A stretch of 63,315 bases of DNA, counting the filler, from Octopus bimaculoides (taxonomy: Eukaryota): assembly GCF_001194135.2 (NCBI RefSeq). It is 7 parts of 6 records of this genome, joined end to end, with 100 filler letters (N's around TTAATTAATTAA, not from the genome) between each part and the next. Parts side by side here need not be neighbours in the genome. Positions count along the whole stretch, not along the records: positions 1 to 14,259 come from NC_069001.1; 6 more parts are not named here. One strand, given 5' to 3'. The notes beneath the pieces are model-generated. The model searched no databases. It worked only from the letters and a program-made list of their open reading frames with translations, and was not told the DNA's origin. Both the position numbers and the translations under genes were made by a program. Of this stretch, positions 1 through 11,469 are shown piece after piece (the first letter of the stretch is position 1; every line of letters begins with the position of its first letter).

Positions 1-140
1 TATATATATATATATATATATATATTCCCGAGCGTCATACTAATACATCCTTTTGTTATTTACACCACCTGTCCTCGTCTGTTGTTTTTTCGTATATTCT
101 CCCATATATACACACATACTTGCATAGAATAGAAAGCAGT

Positions 141-171
<31 letters not shown>

Positions 172-494
172 CTACCAACACATTCAGTTCAAACGCTGAA
201 ATTTTCTCCATAAAAATCAAACATGTTAAAAACAACTTTTAGACAATTATACACATATTTTTTGTCTGTTCCATTGACAATTCCTTGACATTTCTTCTAT
301 GAACCGAAATGACAAGATAATGTTAAGAATTTCCGGAGGATGAATAACATTTTGTATTTTCATATTTCACATCAAAATTTCATTTGAATTGTATATTTAA
401 TTGAAACAATACTATAAAAATATAAATTATATATTAACAGAATGACCTGAAAAATTTTACAGCACTAGTATTATGTTGTTGTTATTATTGTTAT

Positions 495-1050
495 GGTGAC
501 AAAGTGGCAGCATTGTTAGCAAGCTGGGCAAAATGCTTAGTAGCATTTTGTCCACCAAGGTAGACTTTGCCTTTCACCTTTCCAGGGAAGATAAAATAAG
601 CACCAGCTCAACACTGGGGTCGATGTAATTCACTTATCCCACCCCCTGAAATTGCTGGCCTTGTACCAAAATTTGAAACCATAATTATTATTGTTATTAT
701 TATTATTATTATTATTGGCGAGCTGGCAGTATCATTAGTACGCTGGGTGGAAAATGCTTAGTGAAATTTCTTCTGTCGCTACGTTCCGAGTTCAAATTCC
801 ACTGAGGTCGACTTTGCTTTTCATTCTTTCAGGGTCAGTAAATTGAGTATCAGTAAAACACTGGGGCTGGTGTAATCAACTAGTCTTCTCCCCTAAAATT
901 TCAGGCCTTGTGCCTATATTAGAAAGGATTATTATTATTATTATTTTTATTATCAGTTTTTATTTGAATTTTGTTTCGATTTCTTGCTGAGTGTCTTCCT
1001 GACACCTAGAGCAAAGAAATTTATTGTATATGCTACTGTTGTTATTATCA

Positions 1051-1099
<49 letters not shown>

Positions 1100-2040
1100 G
1101 GTAGTGAGCTGGCAAAGTTGTTACATATTGGACAAAATGTTTAGCAGCATTTTTTCCAGTTTTATGTTTTGAGTTCAAATGTTGCCACGGTCGGATTCAA
1201 CTTTCATTCTTTTAGGTTCAATAAAATAAGTACCAGTTATGCACCAGGGTCAATGTAATCAACTATTCACCCTTCTCCCACAGTCGAGAGAATTGGTGTT
1301 GTTATCATTCTTACTCAAAAGCTATTACAGGCTGTATTAGTTAGCAGGAATGCTGTCTTGAGATTTGGTAACAACTTGGCTCCTCAAATCTCAAGAATCT
1401 TTCTTAGAAGTCTTGCAGAATACAGGAATGGTACCTTTCTGCAGGTCGCCAATGCACATCTCAATTCCAATATCCTTCAGCCAAAGATAGCATTTGGATG
1501 TTGTGCAAAGTGTACCAATTATCACAAAAAAAAAACAACATACAGTCTCTTTATCATCGTCATCATCATCATCATCATTATTATTAAAGAGGCAGCGAGG
1601 TGACAGAATCATTAGCACACCAGGTGAAAATGCTTGGCAGTATTCCATCTGTCTTCGCGTTCTGAGTTCAGATTCTGCTTTGATAAAATAAATACCAGCT
1701 GAGTACTGGGTTGATGTAATCAACTATCCACCCCCAAAATTCCTGGCCTTGTGCCAAAATTTGAAACCATTATTATTATTATTATTATTATTATTAAGTG
1801 GCAAACTGGCAGAATCATTAATACACCGGGCAAGATGCTCAGCTGTATTTCGTTTGTACTTGCGTTCTGAGTTCAAATTCCACAGGGGTCGACTTTGCTT
1901 TTCATCCTTTCGGGGTCGATAAAATAAGTACCAGTTACACACCGGAGTCGATGTAATCGACCTACCCTATCTGCCCTGAAATTTCACGCCTTATGCCTAT
2001 AATAGAAATGATTATTATAATTATAATTATAATTATTATT
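495..2040 (+). mobile_element. Train of five head-to-tail tRNA-derived SINE copies (family A; ~495-715, 716-955, 1098-1283, 1587-1795, 1796-2040) with (ATT)n tails
   Basis: Each copy has a GGYGAGCTGGCAGAATC-like A box, a GAGTTCAAATTCC B box, the body GTCGACTTTGCCTTTCATCC...AAGTACCAG...GGCCTTGTGCC and an (ATT)n tail. Confidence 0.9.
1284..1545 (-). mobile_element. 3' end of an R4/Dong-like non-LTR retrotransposon (decayed)
   Basis: ORF 1391-1723 contains VIIGTLCTTSKCYLWLKDIGIEMCIGDLQKG, resembling the C-terminal IIGALGT...LGI...LQK motif of RLE-type R4/Dong ORFs. It lies among (ATC/ATT)n repeats. Confidence 0.5.
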
Positions 2041-2399
2041 GCTGCTGAAATAACTCAATAAAATGTTTTGCATTTTTATACAAATGAACAGAAAAAAAAC
2101 CCAATCTATCCACGATGGCATGGGGAAACATATAAGAGCAAATACAAAGAAAAAAAGGAAATCAAAAATATAAATAAACATACTAACACTGAAGCTGAAC
2201 CCAAGATTAAAATTGATTAATCAATTCAAACCAATTAATCATAAAAGACAATCGAGATGTGACCAACACCTGATTTGTTTGTTGGTTCTTTTTTTCAAGC
2301 AAAAACAAAAGTTACGTTATCAAATATCTCATCTGAATGAAAAGTGAAGTGATTTGATTTGCAGAAGGTTTGGCTGCTGTGTCAAGCAAGTGGAGCAAC

Positions 2400-3312
2400 C
2401 AGTAAAGAGGTCACCTTACTTCATGCAGCTCAAGAAATAGAAACAAAGCCAAAATGTTGGTGAATAAATGTGAATATACAGAGGACAAAAACCGTGCGCA
2501 AATGACACGAATTTTCACAGACAACAATCGATCCGATAATCGTAAAATTGGTTGGTAATTCTTTTCCACCGAGCAGCTGATATGAAAGCCACCACAGTCG
2601 CTTCACATTGAATAGATTTAAAATATAAATGTATACCAGTTTTTTTTTTTAGGGGGGGGGGGTTCTTGGGTCACGTTATACTGCGAAAAACAACTTATTC
2701 GTTTTTGTTTTAATTATTATTATTTATCTCGTGGACTTTACCAGATAACCTAAAAAAAACAAAAACGGTTATTCCCTATTGTGTTTCAGCTCAAATGAAA
2801 TCTGTTTAAGTTTCATGTAAACACTGATAAAACCTACTACATTAAATATATTTTGGTAACGACGACAACAAGTAAACAAAACTCAGTTTATAGAAACAAT
2901 TACACAAGTTTTTACTAATGTTATAACGCAGGCTTTGTTGTACGGATAAGAAGTTTGGATGAAGTTTGCCTCTCATGAATAGTTTATCCTGTTCATGCCA
3001 TATTATTAGCATTATCCTGCGTTTGAGAATAAAATTATTTCCTTATCTGCATCTTTCAATACATCTCAACACTTCTAAAGCAAACTTTGTTGACTTTCAA
3101 CACAAGTTGAATTTAGTATACCTACATACATTTATACATAAGTATATAAAAAGATATATATTATTATACATGGGGGCGATGATATTTTGCCAATCAAACC
3201 CAATCGCTATATGTTTGGACTTTATTTCAGCTTTGTTATTGTTATTTTTCTCTGTCGAAGCTCCTTCATCACACATCCTGCAACCTCTTTGACGATTCTT
3301 TAACCCGTATGT
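2400..3312. promoter_or_regulatory. Possible (bidirectional) promoter / 5' UTR exon region
   Basis: Unique, locally CpG-retaining sequence. CCAAT motifs at ~3190 and ~3200, TATAAA-like motif at ~3145. Divergent splice donors: GTAAGG on - at 2419 and GTATGT on + at 3307. No ATG-initiated frame runs through either donor. Confidence 0.3.
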
Positions 3313-3459
3313 CTCCTCTTGTTCTGCTTAATCCATTTTTTGAAAGACAAAACAGAATAAGCAGAACAAGAGCAAACATGTGGGACAAGGAGTCACTCAA
3401 GATATCACAGGATGTGTGATGAAAGAGCTTTGACATACAAAGAAAAAAAAAAAGAAAAA

Positions 3460-3460
<1 letters not shown>

Positions 3461-3532
<72 letters not shown>

Positions 3533-3749
3533 GTTTTAAATGTTTTCACAAGGGCAGCAATTTTTTAGCGGGGAGGAGATGAGTCGATTTCATCGACCCT
3601 AGTGTTCACGTGGTACTTATTTTATCGACCCCGAAAGGATGAAAGGCAAAGTCAACCTCAGCGGAATTTGAACTCTGAATGTAGCAACAGGTGAAATACC
3701 GCTAAACATTTCATCCAGCGTGCTAACAATTCTACCAGCTCACCACCAC
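3461..3749 (-). mobile_element. SINE family A copy with long (ATT)n tail
   Basis: Reverse complement of the family A consensus, preceded on + by (AAT)n at 3461-3530. Confidence 0.9.
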
Positions 3750-3941
3750 CTAACATCATCATAATAATAATAATAATAATGATAAAGCTCAAGTAAAGAC
3801 CGAAACATACAGTGCATGTGTTTAATTGGTAAAATATGATCATCTCCAAAGATAACACAATATCTGTTTCAACACACAATTTTACATCAAGAATCTTACA
3901 AAACAAATACATAAACATATATATATATATGCATACACACA

Positions 3942-3998
<57 letters not shown>

Positions 3999-4069
3999 AT
4001 ATATATACACATATGCAAATATATATATAAATACACATATGCATTTACATACATACATAAATACATATA

Positions 4070-4165
4070 AGTACCAGGCTTACGAAGAATAAGTCCAAAG
4101 GTTGATTTGTTCGACTAAAGGCCGTACTTCAGCATGGCCACAGTCAAGTGACTGAAACAAAAAGT
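4070..4165 (-). mobile_element. Fragment of SINE-like family X (tgactgcggccatgctg...)
   Basis: Matches the copies at 48150-48340 and 58265-58475. Confidence 0.6.
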
Positions 4166-4550
4166 ATATATATATATATATATATATAAATATATATATA
4201 CAAATATATATATACAAATATATATATATATACACACACACATAGTACACATGTATAAACACATAGTACACAGAAAATATAGGATATCAAAATGATACAT
4301 GTATACAAGATATGGTAAGAAGGAGACCAAGAAAGAGAGAGAGATAATGAACACGTGTGTGTGTGTGTGTGTAAAACAATGCATTCATCAATATTTATTG
4401 AGGTCATGCATGGTACTTAAAATAGAAAGATATATCCCAATTAAAGCTGTTAGAAAAGGAGGAGAGGGGTAGATATGAGATTAAGATTAGATTAGTAGAT
4501 CATTGCTTGGGATGGATGCATACAGACAGACATACATACATATATATCTA

Positions 4551-4730
4551 TATCATCATCATCATCGTTTAACATCTGCTTTCCATGCTAGCATGGGTTG
4601 GACGATTTGACTGAGGACTGGTGCAACCGGATGGCTACACCAGGCTCCAATCTGATTTGGCAGAGTTTCTACAGCTGGATGCCCTTCCTAACGCCAACCA
4701 CTCCGAGAGTGTAGTAGGTGCTTTTACGTG
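4551..4730 (-). mobile_element. RTE-tail SINE / RTE 3' end
   Basis: CTGGATGCCCTTCCTAACGCCAACCACTCCGAGAGTGTAGT next to a (CAT)n tail; shared with the RTE 3' UTR at 17760-17782. Confidence 0.75.
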
Positions 4731-4734
4731 TATG

Positions 4735-4780
<46 letters not shown>

Positions 4781-4783
<3 letters not shown>

Positions 4784-4981
4784 GGTGGCCCAAAAGTCAC
4801 AAATATGATATTCATTTATGTTCTGCTTTAAATCGTCAATACCTCAGCACCATATAGTTTATATATAGGAAACATGTACATTAGGTGTGAAAAATCACAT
4901 CATGTAAATTACAAATAAAAAATGTAATTAAGACAAATTTATAAAAATTTCAAATCCTTTTGCAACTTTTGGTCACCCTGT
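4781..4981. mobile_element. Tc1/mariner-type MITE
   Basis: TIRs AGGGTGGCCCAAAAGT and ACTTTTGGTCACCCTG around ~170 bp of AT-rich sequence; same TIR type as 28299-28510. Confidence 0.7.
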
Positions 4982-5013
<32 letters not shown>

Positions 5014-5399
5014 NNNNNNNNNNNNNNNNNNNNNNNNNNNNNNNNNNNNNNNNNNNNNNNNNNNNNNNNNNNNNNNNNNNNNNNNNNNNNNNNNNNNNNN
5101 NNNNNNNNNNNNNNNNNNNNNNNNNNNNNNNNNNNNNNNNNNNNNNNNNNNNNNNNNNNNNNNNNNNNNNNNNNNNNNNNNNNNNNNNNNNNNNNNNNNN
5201 NNNNNNNNNNNNNNNNNNNNNNNNNNNNNNNNNNNNNNNNNNNNNNNNNNNNNNNNNNNNNNNNNNNNNNNNNNNNNNNNNNNNNNNNNNNNNNNNNNNN
5301 NNNNNNNNNNNNNNNNNNNNNNNNNTTTTTTTTTTTTTTTTACGTGTCTCCTTTTTTTTCAGGAATAGCTTGATATAGTGGTGAATAGTCAACAGTGGT

Positions 5400-6212
5400 G
5401 GAGAGTATAAAAATTAAGAAATGAAGTTAGCTGTCATGGAAGATTAGAAGCCATGTGAATGTTGAAAAAGAGTTGCCTGCATCATGAGGGCTGATGCCAG
5501 GTATCAAACTGCTGAAATGATGATGACTGCCATTTCAGTGTTCTGTCAGCACTGCAAAGGCTGTGAGACGTGGCATGGACAGCTGCAGCAGAGACCACAA
5601 AGCCGTGGCCAGCAGGCGTCCTGAGTGTGTCTGCACAAGGGAATCTGGGCTTTGGTGAGAGAAATGGGTGCTAGAGTTGCCACCTTGAAGCAGGCCCTGA
5701 ATGAGGACCTTTGCTACCACTCATACAAGAGGTGCAAGGGACACATTCTGACAGCCAAAGCCAAGGAGAAGCACTTGACAAAGATGAAGAAGCTCCTAAA
5801 TCGGCAGAGGCATCCTGTTGAACCAGGGACGATCTGGTTCTTCTAAGATGATAAGAACTTCTGCTAGACCTAGTTGTACAACACCTAAAGTAACAGGTGA
5901 CTTGCCCACAATCAACGTGATATCCCACATATCATGAGAACCAAGTTCCCCCAAACTGCGATGGTCTTTGGATGTGATTCCAGTGAGGATGACATTATGT
6001 CACCCACACATCTTTGAACAGGGATTTAGGCTCAATTCAGACAGCTATGTGAAGCTGTTAGAGACTGTGGTGAAGCCCTGACTAGAGAGGGTTGCTGCTG
6101 GCAGCTCTTTGCCATACTTCGAAGAACAGTCAGAAATGATTGTTGGAGAATTTCTATGGCTTCGCTAGCCTCAATTTCTGGCTTCACTATTCCTCCAATT
6201 ATAATCCCATGG

Positions 6213-6215
<3 letters not shown>
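5400..6215 (+). pseudogene. Decayed maT (DD37D-type Tc1/mariner) transposase
   Basis: Frameshifted pieces read LKKLL...HP..PG.IWFF*DDKNF, TKFPQTAMVFGC, GFRLNSDSYVKLLETVVKP, ENFYGFASLNFWLHYSSNYNPMDY. The end runs into (ATT)n. Confidence 0.8.
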
Positions 6216-6249
<34 letters not shown>

Positions 6250-6254
<5 letters not shown>

Positions 6255-6450
6255 TCCGCCTTAGGGAAGGTGGAGATATTGTTTTCAGTCATGTTTGTTT
6301 GTTTGTCTGTGGACAAGATATCTCAAGATCCGTTGGATGGATTCAGATGAAACTTTCAGGAATGTTTGGCCTTGTGATTGACATGAACTGATTAGATTTT
6401 GGGATCAATTGGGTACCAAACAAGAATTTTGGATTGTTTTTCCTGGTTTT
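6250..6450 (+). mobile_element. Helentron-associated (HINE/DINE-1-like) non-autonomous element fragment
   Basis: Starts TACCTCCGCC..GG..GG.GATATTGTTTTCAGTC followed by (GTTT)n/GTCT repeats. Related starts occur on - at 33918-33950 and 34421-34458. Confidence 0.5.
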
Positions 6451-6469
6451 TTTTATTTAATAATAATAA

Positions 6470-6855
6470 TAATAACAATAATAATAATAATACTTTCAAA
6501 TTTTGGCACAAGGCCAGCAATTGCAGCTGAGGGAGTAAGTCAATTACATTGACCCCAGTGGTTGATCGACTACACCCCTAAATGTTCAACTGGTACTTAT
6601 TTTATCAGCCCCTGAAAAAATAAAAGCCAGGACAAAATGCTTAGCAGCATTTCTTCTGGTTTTAGGTTTTGAGTTCAAATTCTGCTAAGGTCGACTTTGC
6701 TTTTTATCCTTTCGGGGTTGATGAAGTATGTAACAAGTTGAACACTGGGGATTGATGTAATCAACTAACCCCTTCTCCTAAAAAAAATTGCTGATCATGA
6801 GCCGAAATTTGAAACCATTATTATTATTGTTGTTGTTATTATTATTATTATTATT
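6470..6855. mobile_element. Inverted pair of 5'-truncated SINE family A copies (- 6470-6625; + 6627-6855)
   Basis: (AAT)n plus reverse-complement 3' body, then a + strand body ending in (ATT)n. Confidence 0.8.
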
Positions 6856-6889
6856 ACAAATGCATACATTGCTTCCGTCATCTACTACC

Positions 6890-7396
6890 ATCTGACCGTC
6901 ATCCCTTGCCCTGCTTCATGGCTGACCAAACTGGAACAATTGCTCTTCTGCTTTCTGTGGAAGGGACATGTTCCACCCATCAGACAGTCCATCTGCTGTC
7001 AACAGCCACTGAGTGGAGGACTGGGAATGCTGTGGCTAACGATGCGCAGACACACGCTGAGGCTGCAGCATTTCCAGCATTTTCTTAATGGTGAACAGGT
7101 GTAGTTACCATTTGTCAAGCAGGGTTTTCTCATTGACAGAGCTACAGTCTTGGATTAAGCGTACACCAAGAAAGGGCGCTTGGCCCCTGGAGTGTCAGCA
7201 AGCGCTCACAGCTTTCTGCCAGTCAGGCAACATGGTCAGTGGAAGTTCCACCAAAGAGTTATATCGGGGATTAGTGGCAGGCAAGAGTAATAATGTCCTC
7301 GGGGAAACTCTGAGTGTTGGGAGGGATCAATTAACTGGTCTTTTCCGGAGGACTTTTGGGCCGGAGCCTATGGATGACTTCCAGAAATCCCTGTAA
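6890..7396 (+). mobile_element. Decayed L1/Tx1-like LINE ORF2 C-terminal fragment
   Basis: ORF 7088-7396 (...WPLECQQALTAF...STKELYRGLV...LGETL...LTGLFRRTFGPEPMDDFQKSL) resembles the post-RT region of Tx1-type ORF2 (recognition from memory). Confidence 0.45.
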
Positions 7397-7440
7397 AATT
7401 GGGGATAGAGAGAGAGAGAGACTGTCTCCTTCATGTGATT

Positions 7441-7548
7441 TCTGGTGAGGGCTAGTGACAGGAAGGGCATCTGCTCATTGAAAAATCACAGCAAATTCGG
7501 TCAGACACAAGCACGAAAAAAAGTGAACATATGATGATGATGATGATG
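7441..7548 (+). mobile_element. RTE-tail SINE 3' end
   Basis: GGCTAGTGACAGGAAGGGCATC...(GAT)n tail. Confidence 0.55.
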
Positions 7549-7673
7549 CTGAAGAGAGGAGAATAGCAGTCAATAAATATATAGGCCAAGGTAAAATAAA
7601 TACCTATGTTAATCTTAATCTCTACCAAAGGAGTGTAACACTAGATATGTATACATATATATGTGTGTGTGCA

Positions 7674-7720
<47 letters not shown>

Positions 7721-8475
7721 ATTTACTTTTCGTAATGAGATAAAAAACCAAGGCTGTGTATAATATAACTGTAAGACCTTCTATTAATTTATAAACGTTC
7801 TATATTCACATGCTGATATATGACCTACGTTGGACCCCTTATTTGCAGAATCACTGAACCTGGAGTTTAACTGTGGTCTATCCATAGCACTTAATCAGCA
7901 TTACCTGAAACCTCTGGGTCTAATTGACACCACTATCGCTCATAATATACATACATATATATATATATATATATGGTTATTGGAGAAAAGAACAAAAGCT
8001 GAATGGCTTAAGCATTGAAGCAGTGTGTGTGTGTGTGTGTGTGTGCATTAGCATGCATGTACATATGTGTAACACTGTGCATGTTAATTTCTATGCACGT
8101 ATTATGTTTGGGGATTGTATATAGATAAATATAAACCTACACACCCATATATACATGTATGTGTGTAATCAAATACATGTTTGTGTGTACACATGCATAA
8201 AAAATCTCAGTCAAATCTTTCTCAGTAAAATTTTTTCAAGCTAATTTGTTTTACATTTTTTTTTTTTTTCCCGGTTGGGAGAACACTTGAGTTGATAGAG
8301 TGTATGTTGGGAGTGGGGTATATAAGGGTATAAATAAACTTTGGAGCACAATTATTAAAGGCACGACTATTTATGGTTCAATTATTATAGAGACGGAAGA
8401 CATAAAAACATATATAGACCTTGGGTCACACCAGAGATGATCTTGGATCAGAACAAATGGGTGGTAATCCTAGAT

Positions 8476-8737
8476 CAGTGGTTCTCAACCATTTTTTGTC
8501 TATGGGACTCCTTTGATTCCTTTTTTCATTCTACGACACTCTCATAGCCATTCGATGTTTAAAAGAAAATTCTATTGCATTTTTATAATTTTGATATTGG
8601 GAATTTCACAAAAAAATTAGTTTAAATATTTCAAGAGTTGTAGAAATATAATCGATTTACTCCACACAAATTTTAACAACAAAATCTTATATAGACCCCC
8701 CGCCCAGGGTCATACGGACCCTGGTAGAGAACCACTA
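8476..8737. mobile_element. hAT (Charlie-like) MITE
   Basis: TIRs CAGTGGTTCTCAACC and GGTAGAGAACCACTA; flanks tcctagat/gtctagag resemble the NTCTAGAN target. Confidence 0.75.
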
Positions 8738-9200
8738 GTCTAGAGGGTAGAATGAGAGATTGTAGGCAGAAGGAGGAGGAGGAGGAGTATTGTAGGCAAC
8801 ATGGAAGAAGAAAGGGATTAGCAACAAGGGTTACTGAGAAAAAAAAGTGGGGACAGAATTGAAAGGTGATAGAGGTTTAGAAGAAAACTACCCCTCGGTT
8901 CTTCTGCCTACAAAGAAAGGAGCTTACAGTAAATCACTAATGTAATCCATTTAATATCAATCCGTCTGAGACTACCCTTGCTCAATGATGTGAACTTCAT
9001 ATTTTAAAGGGATCTAAATTAACTGAAAGAGGAATATGTTAATGAAAGGATTAAGTAGGAGTTGTTAAGTGGGCCCTTAACACGCACGACTTTTGGAAAC
9101 ATTTCTTCATGCTCAGAATTGCTGAAGCATGGAATAAACTACGCACATCAGTTGTTAGCTGTCAGGACATTACATCATTCAAAACTATCAGCATCATCCT

Positions 9201-9620
9201 CATCCTCATCATCATCACATTAGCATCCATATTTCATGTTGGCATGAGTTAGACAGTTTGACTGGAACTGGTAAGCCAGAGAGCTGCACCAGGCTCCAGT
9301 CTGTCCTGGTTTGGTTTCTATGGCTGGATGCCCTTTCTAACGCCAACCACAGAGTGTACCAGGTGCCTCTAACATATCACCAGCACAGGTGCCTCTAATG
9401 CATCACCAGCACCGATGCCTCTAACACGTCACTGGCACCGATGCCTCTAACATATCACCACCACAGGTTTCTCACCACCACAGGTTTCTCACCACCACAG
9501 GTTTCTCACCACCACAGGTGTCTCACCACCACAGGTGTCTCACCACCACAGGTTTCTCACCACCACAGGTGTCTCTAATATTTCGCCCAGCATGGATATC
9601 TTTAACATATCACCAGCTCA
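9201..9620 (-). mobile_element. RTE-tail SINE with internal 25-bp and 18-bp minisatellite expansion
   Basis: CTGGATGCCCTTTCTAACGCCAACCAC, then (GCACAGGTGCCTCTAACATATCACCA)-type units and (CACCACCACAGGTTTCTC)n. Confidence 0.75.
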
Positions 9621-9730
9621 CCTGTCATTTACATGACCTGAAATTCACCAATAATAGACTTGATGTCTCCACTTATTTTTTTAAATGATTCTTTTACTGT
9701 GCATTTCAAGTGTATTATTCTATGTACTCA

Positions 9731-9955
9731 AGGTGGTGAGCTGGCAGAATCGTTAGCACACCGGGCAAACTGCTTTAGTGGTATTTCATCTGTCTTTACA
9801 GTCTGAGTTCAAATTCCGCCGAGGTCGACTTTGCTTTCATCCTTTCAGAGTCGATAAATTAAGTACCAGTTGCGTACTGGGTTGATTTNNNNNNNNNNCC
9901 CCCCCCCCCCAAAAAAAAATTTTAGGCCTTGTGCCTAGAGTAGAAAAGATTATTC
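9731..9955 (+). mobile_element. SINE family A copy
   Basis: Full A/B boxes and body, interrupted by a 10-N gap. Confidence 0.9.
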
Positions 9956-10400
9956 TTATGTACAGTTCATGCATTCTTGGCTATTATTTCTGCTGGTTTG
10001 TAGTGCACTTGAGTGCTGTATACAATAAGTTCATTATTACTTACTTTCATTTTTAAATCTGTCTCCTTGACAACCTCTTTAACCCTTTTAATATCAACCT
10101 CCCTCAGACTATCCCTAGTTCTATAATACAAACCTCTTGTTGATCTAAATCTGGGGTTCTCAACCATTTTTATCCATGGACCCCTTTTGATTACTATTTT
10201 ATCCTGGTGGACCCCCACAGCCATTTGAGGTTTCAAAATTCCTATTTTGTTTCGCACACATTAACTTGTCATAGGCTGATGTAAAATGTTTGAGAAAGAA
10301 GCTGTTTCTTCCAATATATATATATCAATACCTACATTTAAATACTATTGTGAATCTCCAATTCACTATTTTATTGTGTGGACCCCACAAAATCTGGTTA

Positions 10401-10683
10401 ATATAAAGATCTTCACCCATTAACAAAAACAAAACAAAAAACCCCAGCCTGCTGGGTGTTAACAACTGTGTAGAAAACAAATATGACAAAAAAAATTTGC
10501 GCCAACAAACCTGGGGTGGGGGGAGAGGGCTAAAACAGATTTTTAAAAAAAGTGTAACACGTGTTCATTGTGTTATCACAGTCTTGTGAGATTTGGCAGT
10601 TATTTCTAGCATGTGGATAGCCTGCTTGTAGGCCAAGGCTGTAGAATAGGGACGGGAGTGGATTGGGTGTATATATATAGACA

Positions 10684-10724
<41 letters not shown>

Positions 10725-11028
10725 ATAGAAAAGGTAAGACAACAAAAGAAAGAAAGAGACCTCGATATTATGTACATAGAGGAATTTATCTGTAAATAAT
10801 GTGTGACAATTATTCGGTAGCCATGATAACACTCCAAGTTTTGGATGTTGGGGCAGCGTGGGTTTCCGCCCCAACATCTGAAACTCTGAGTTTTATCATG
10901 GCTACCGAATAATTGTCACATATTATTTACAGGTATCTCTTACTTTCCTTTCCCCGAGTGTCTAGTAACACAATCTGTATCACGTCCTCACATTGTTGTT
11001 TTTTTTTGTCTTTTTCCTTTTTTGAACT

Positions 11029-11086
<58 letters not shown>

Positions 11087-11469
11087 TATTTTTTTTTGTT
11101 GAACAATTGAAATTTTACAAACAAATTTTACTCAGAATCCTAATCTTTGTATCTTTCTATGCATTTTGCAAATAAAAAAAAAATGTCTGGAAAATGTGAA
11201 AAATGAAATGGGGGTACTGAAGTTTTGAAAATGTGATTTTTGACAATTTTTGAAAATAACCAAAAACGTGGGATTCTGTAAAAAAAAATAATAAATATAT
11301 ATCCATTTTACTGAAAGTTATGACGGAAAAATTGGATCGTGTTAATTTTCCGAAAGTTCTCTCCTCACCCACCAGGTTCGTTTGAGCAAATTTTTTTTTT
11401 GTCATATTTTTCTACACTGTTGTTAACATCCAGCAGGCTGGGGGCGGTTTTTTGTGAAGATCTTTATAT
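10401..11469. mobile_element. Long-TIR non-autonomous DNA element nested in the hAT MITE
   Basis: ~120-bp imperfect inverted repeats beginning ATATAAAGATCTTCAC...CCCCAGCCTGCTGG.TGTTAACAAC.GTGTAGAAAA. The last 25 bp are duplicated at the right end. Confidence 0.7.
10790..10932. repeat. Fold-back palindrome (65-bp arms, 13-nt loop) within a PLE-like short element
   Basis: 10790-10854 is the reverse complement of 10868-10932 with ~6 mismatches. Confidence 0.9.
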
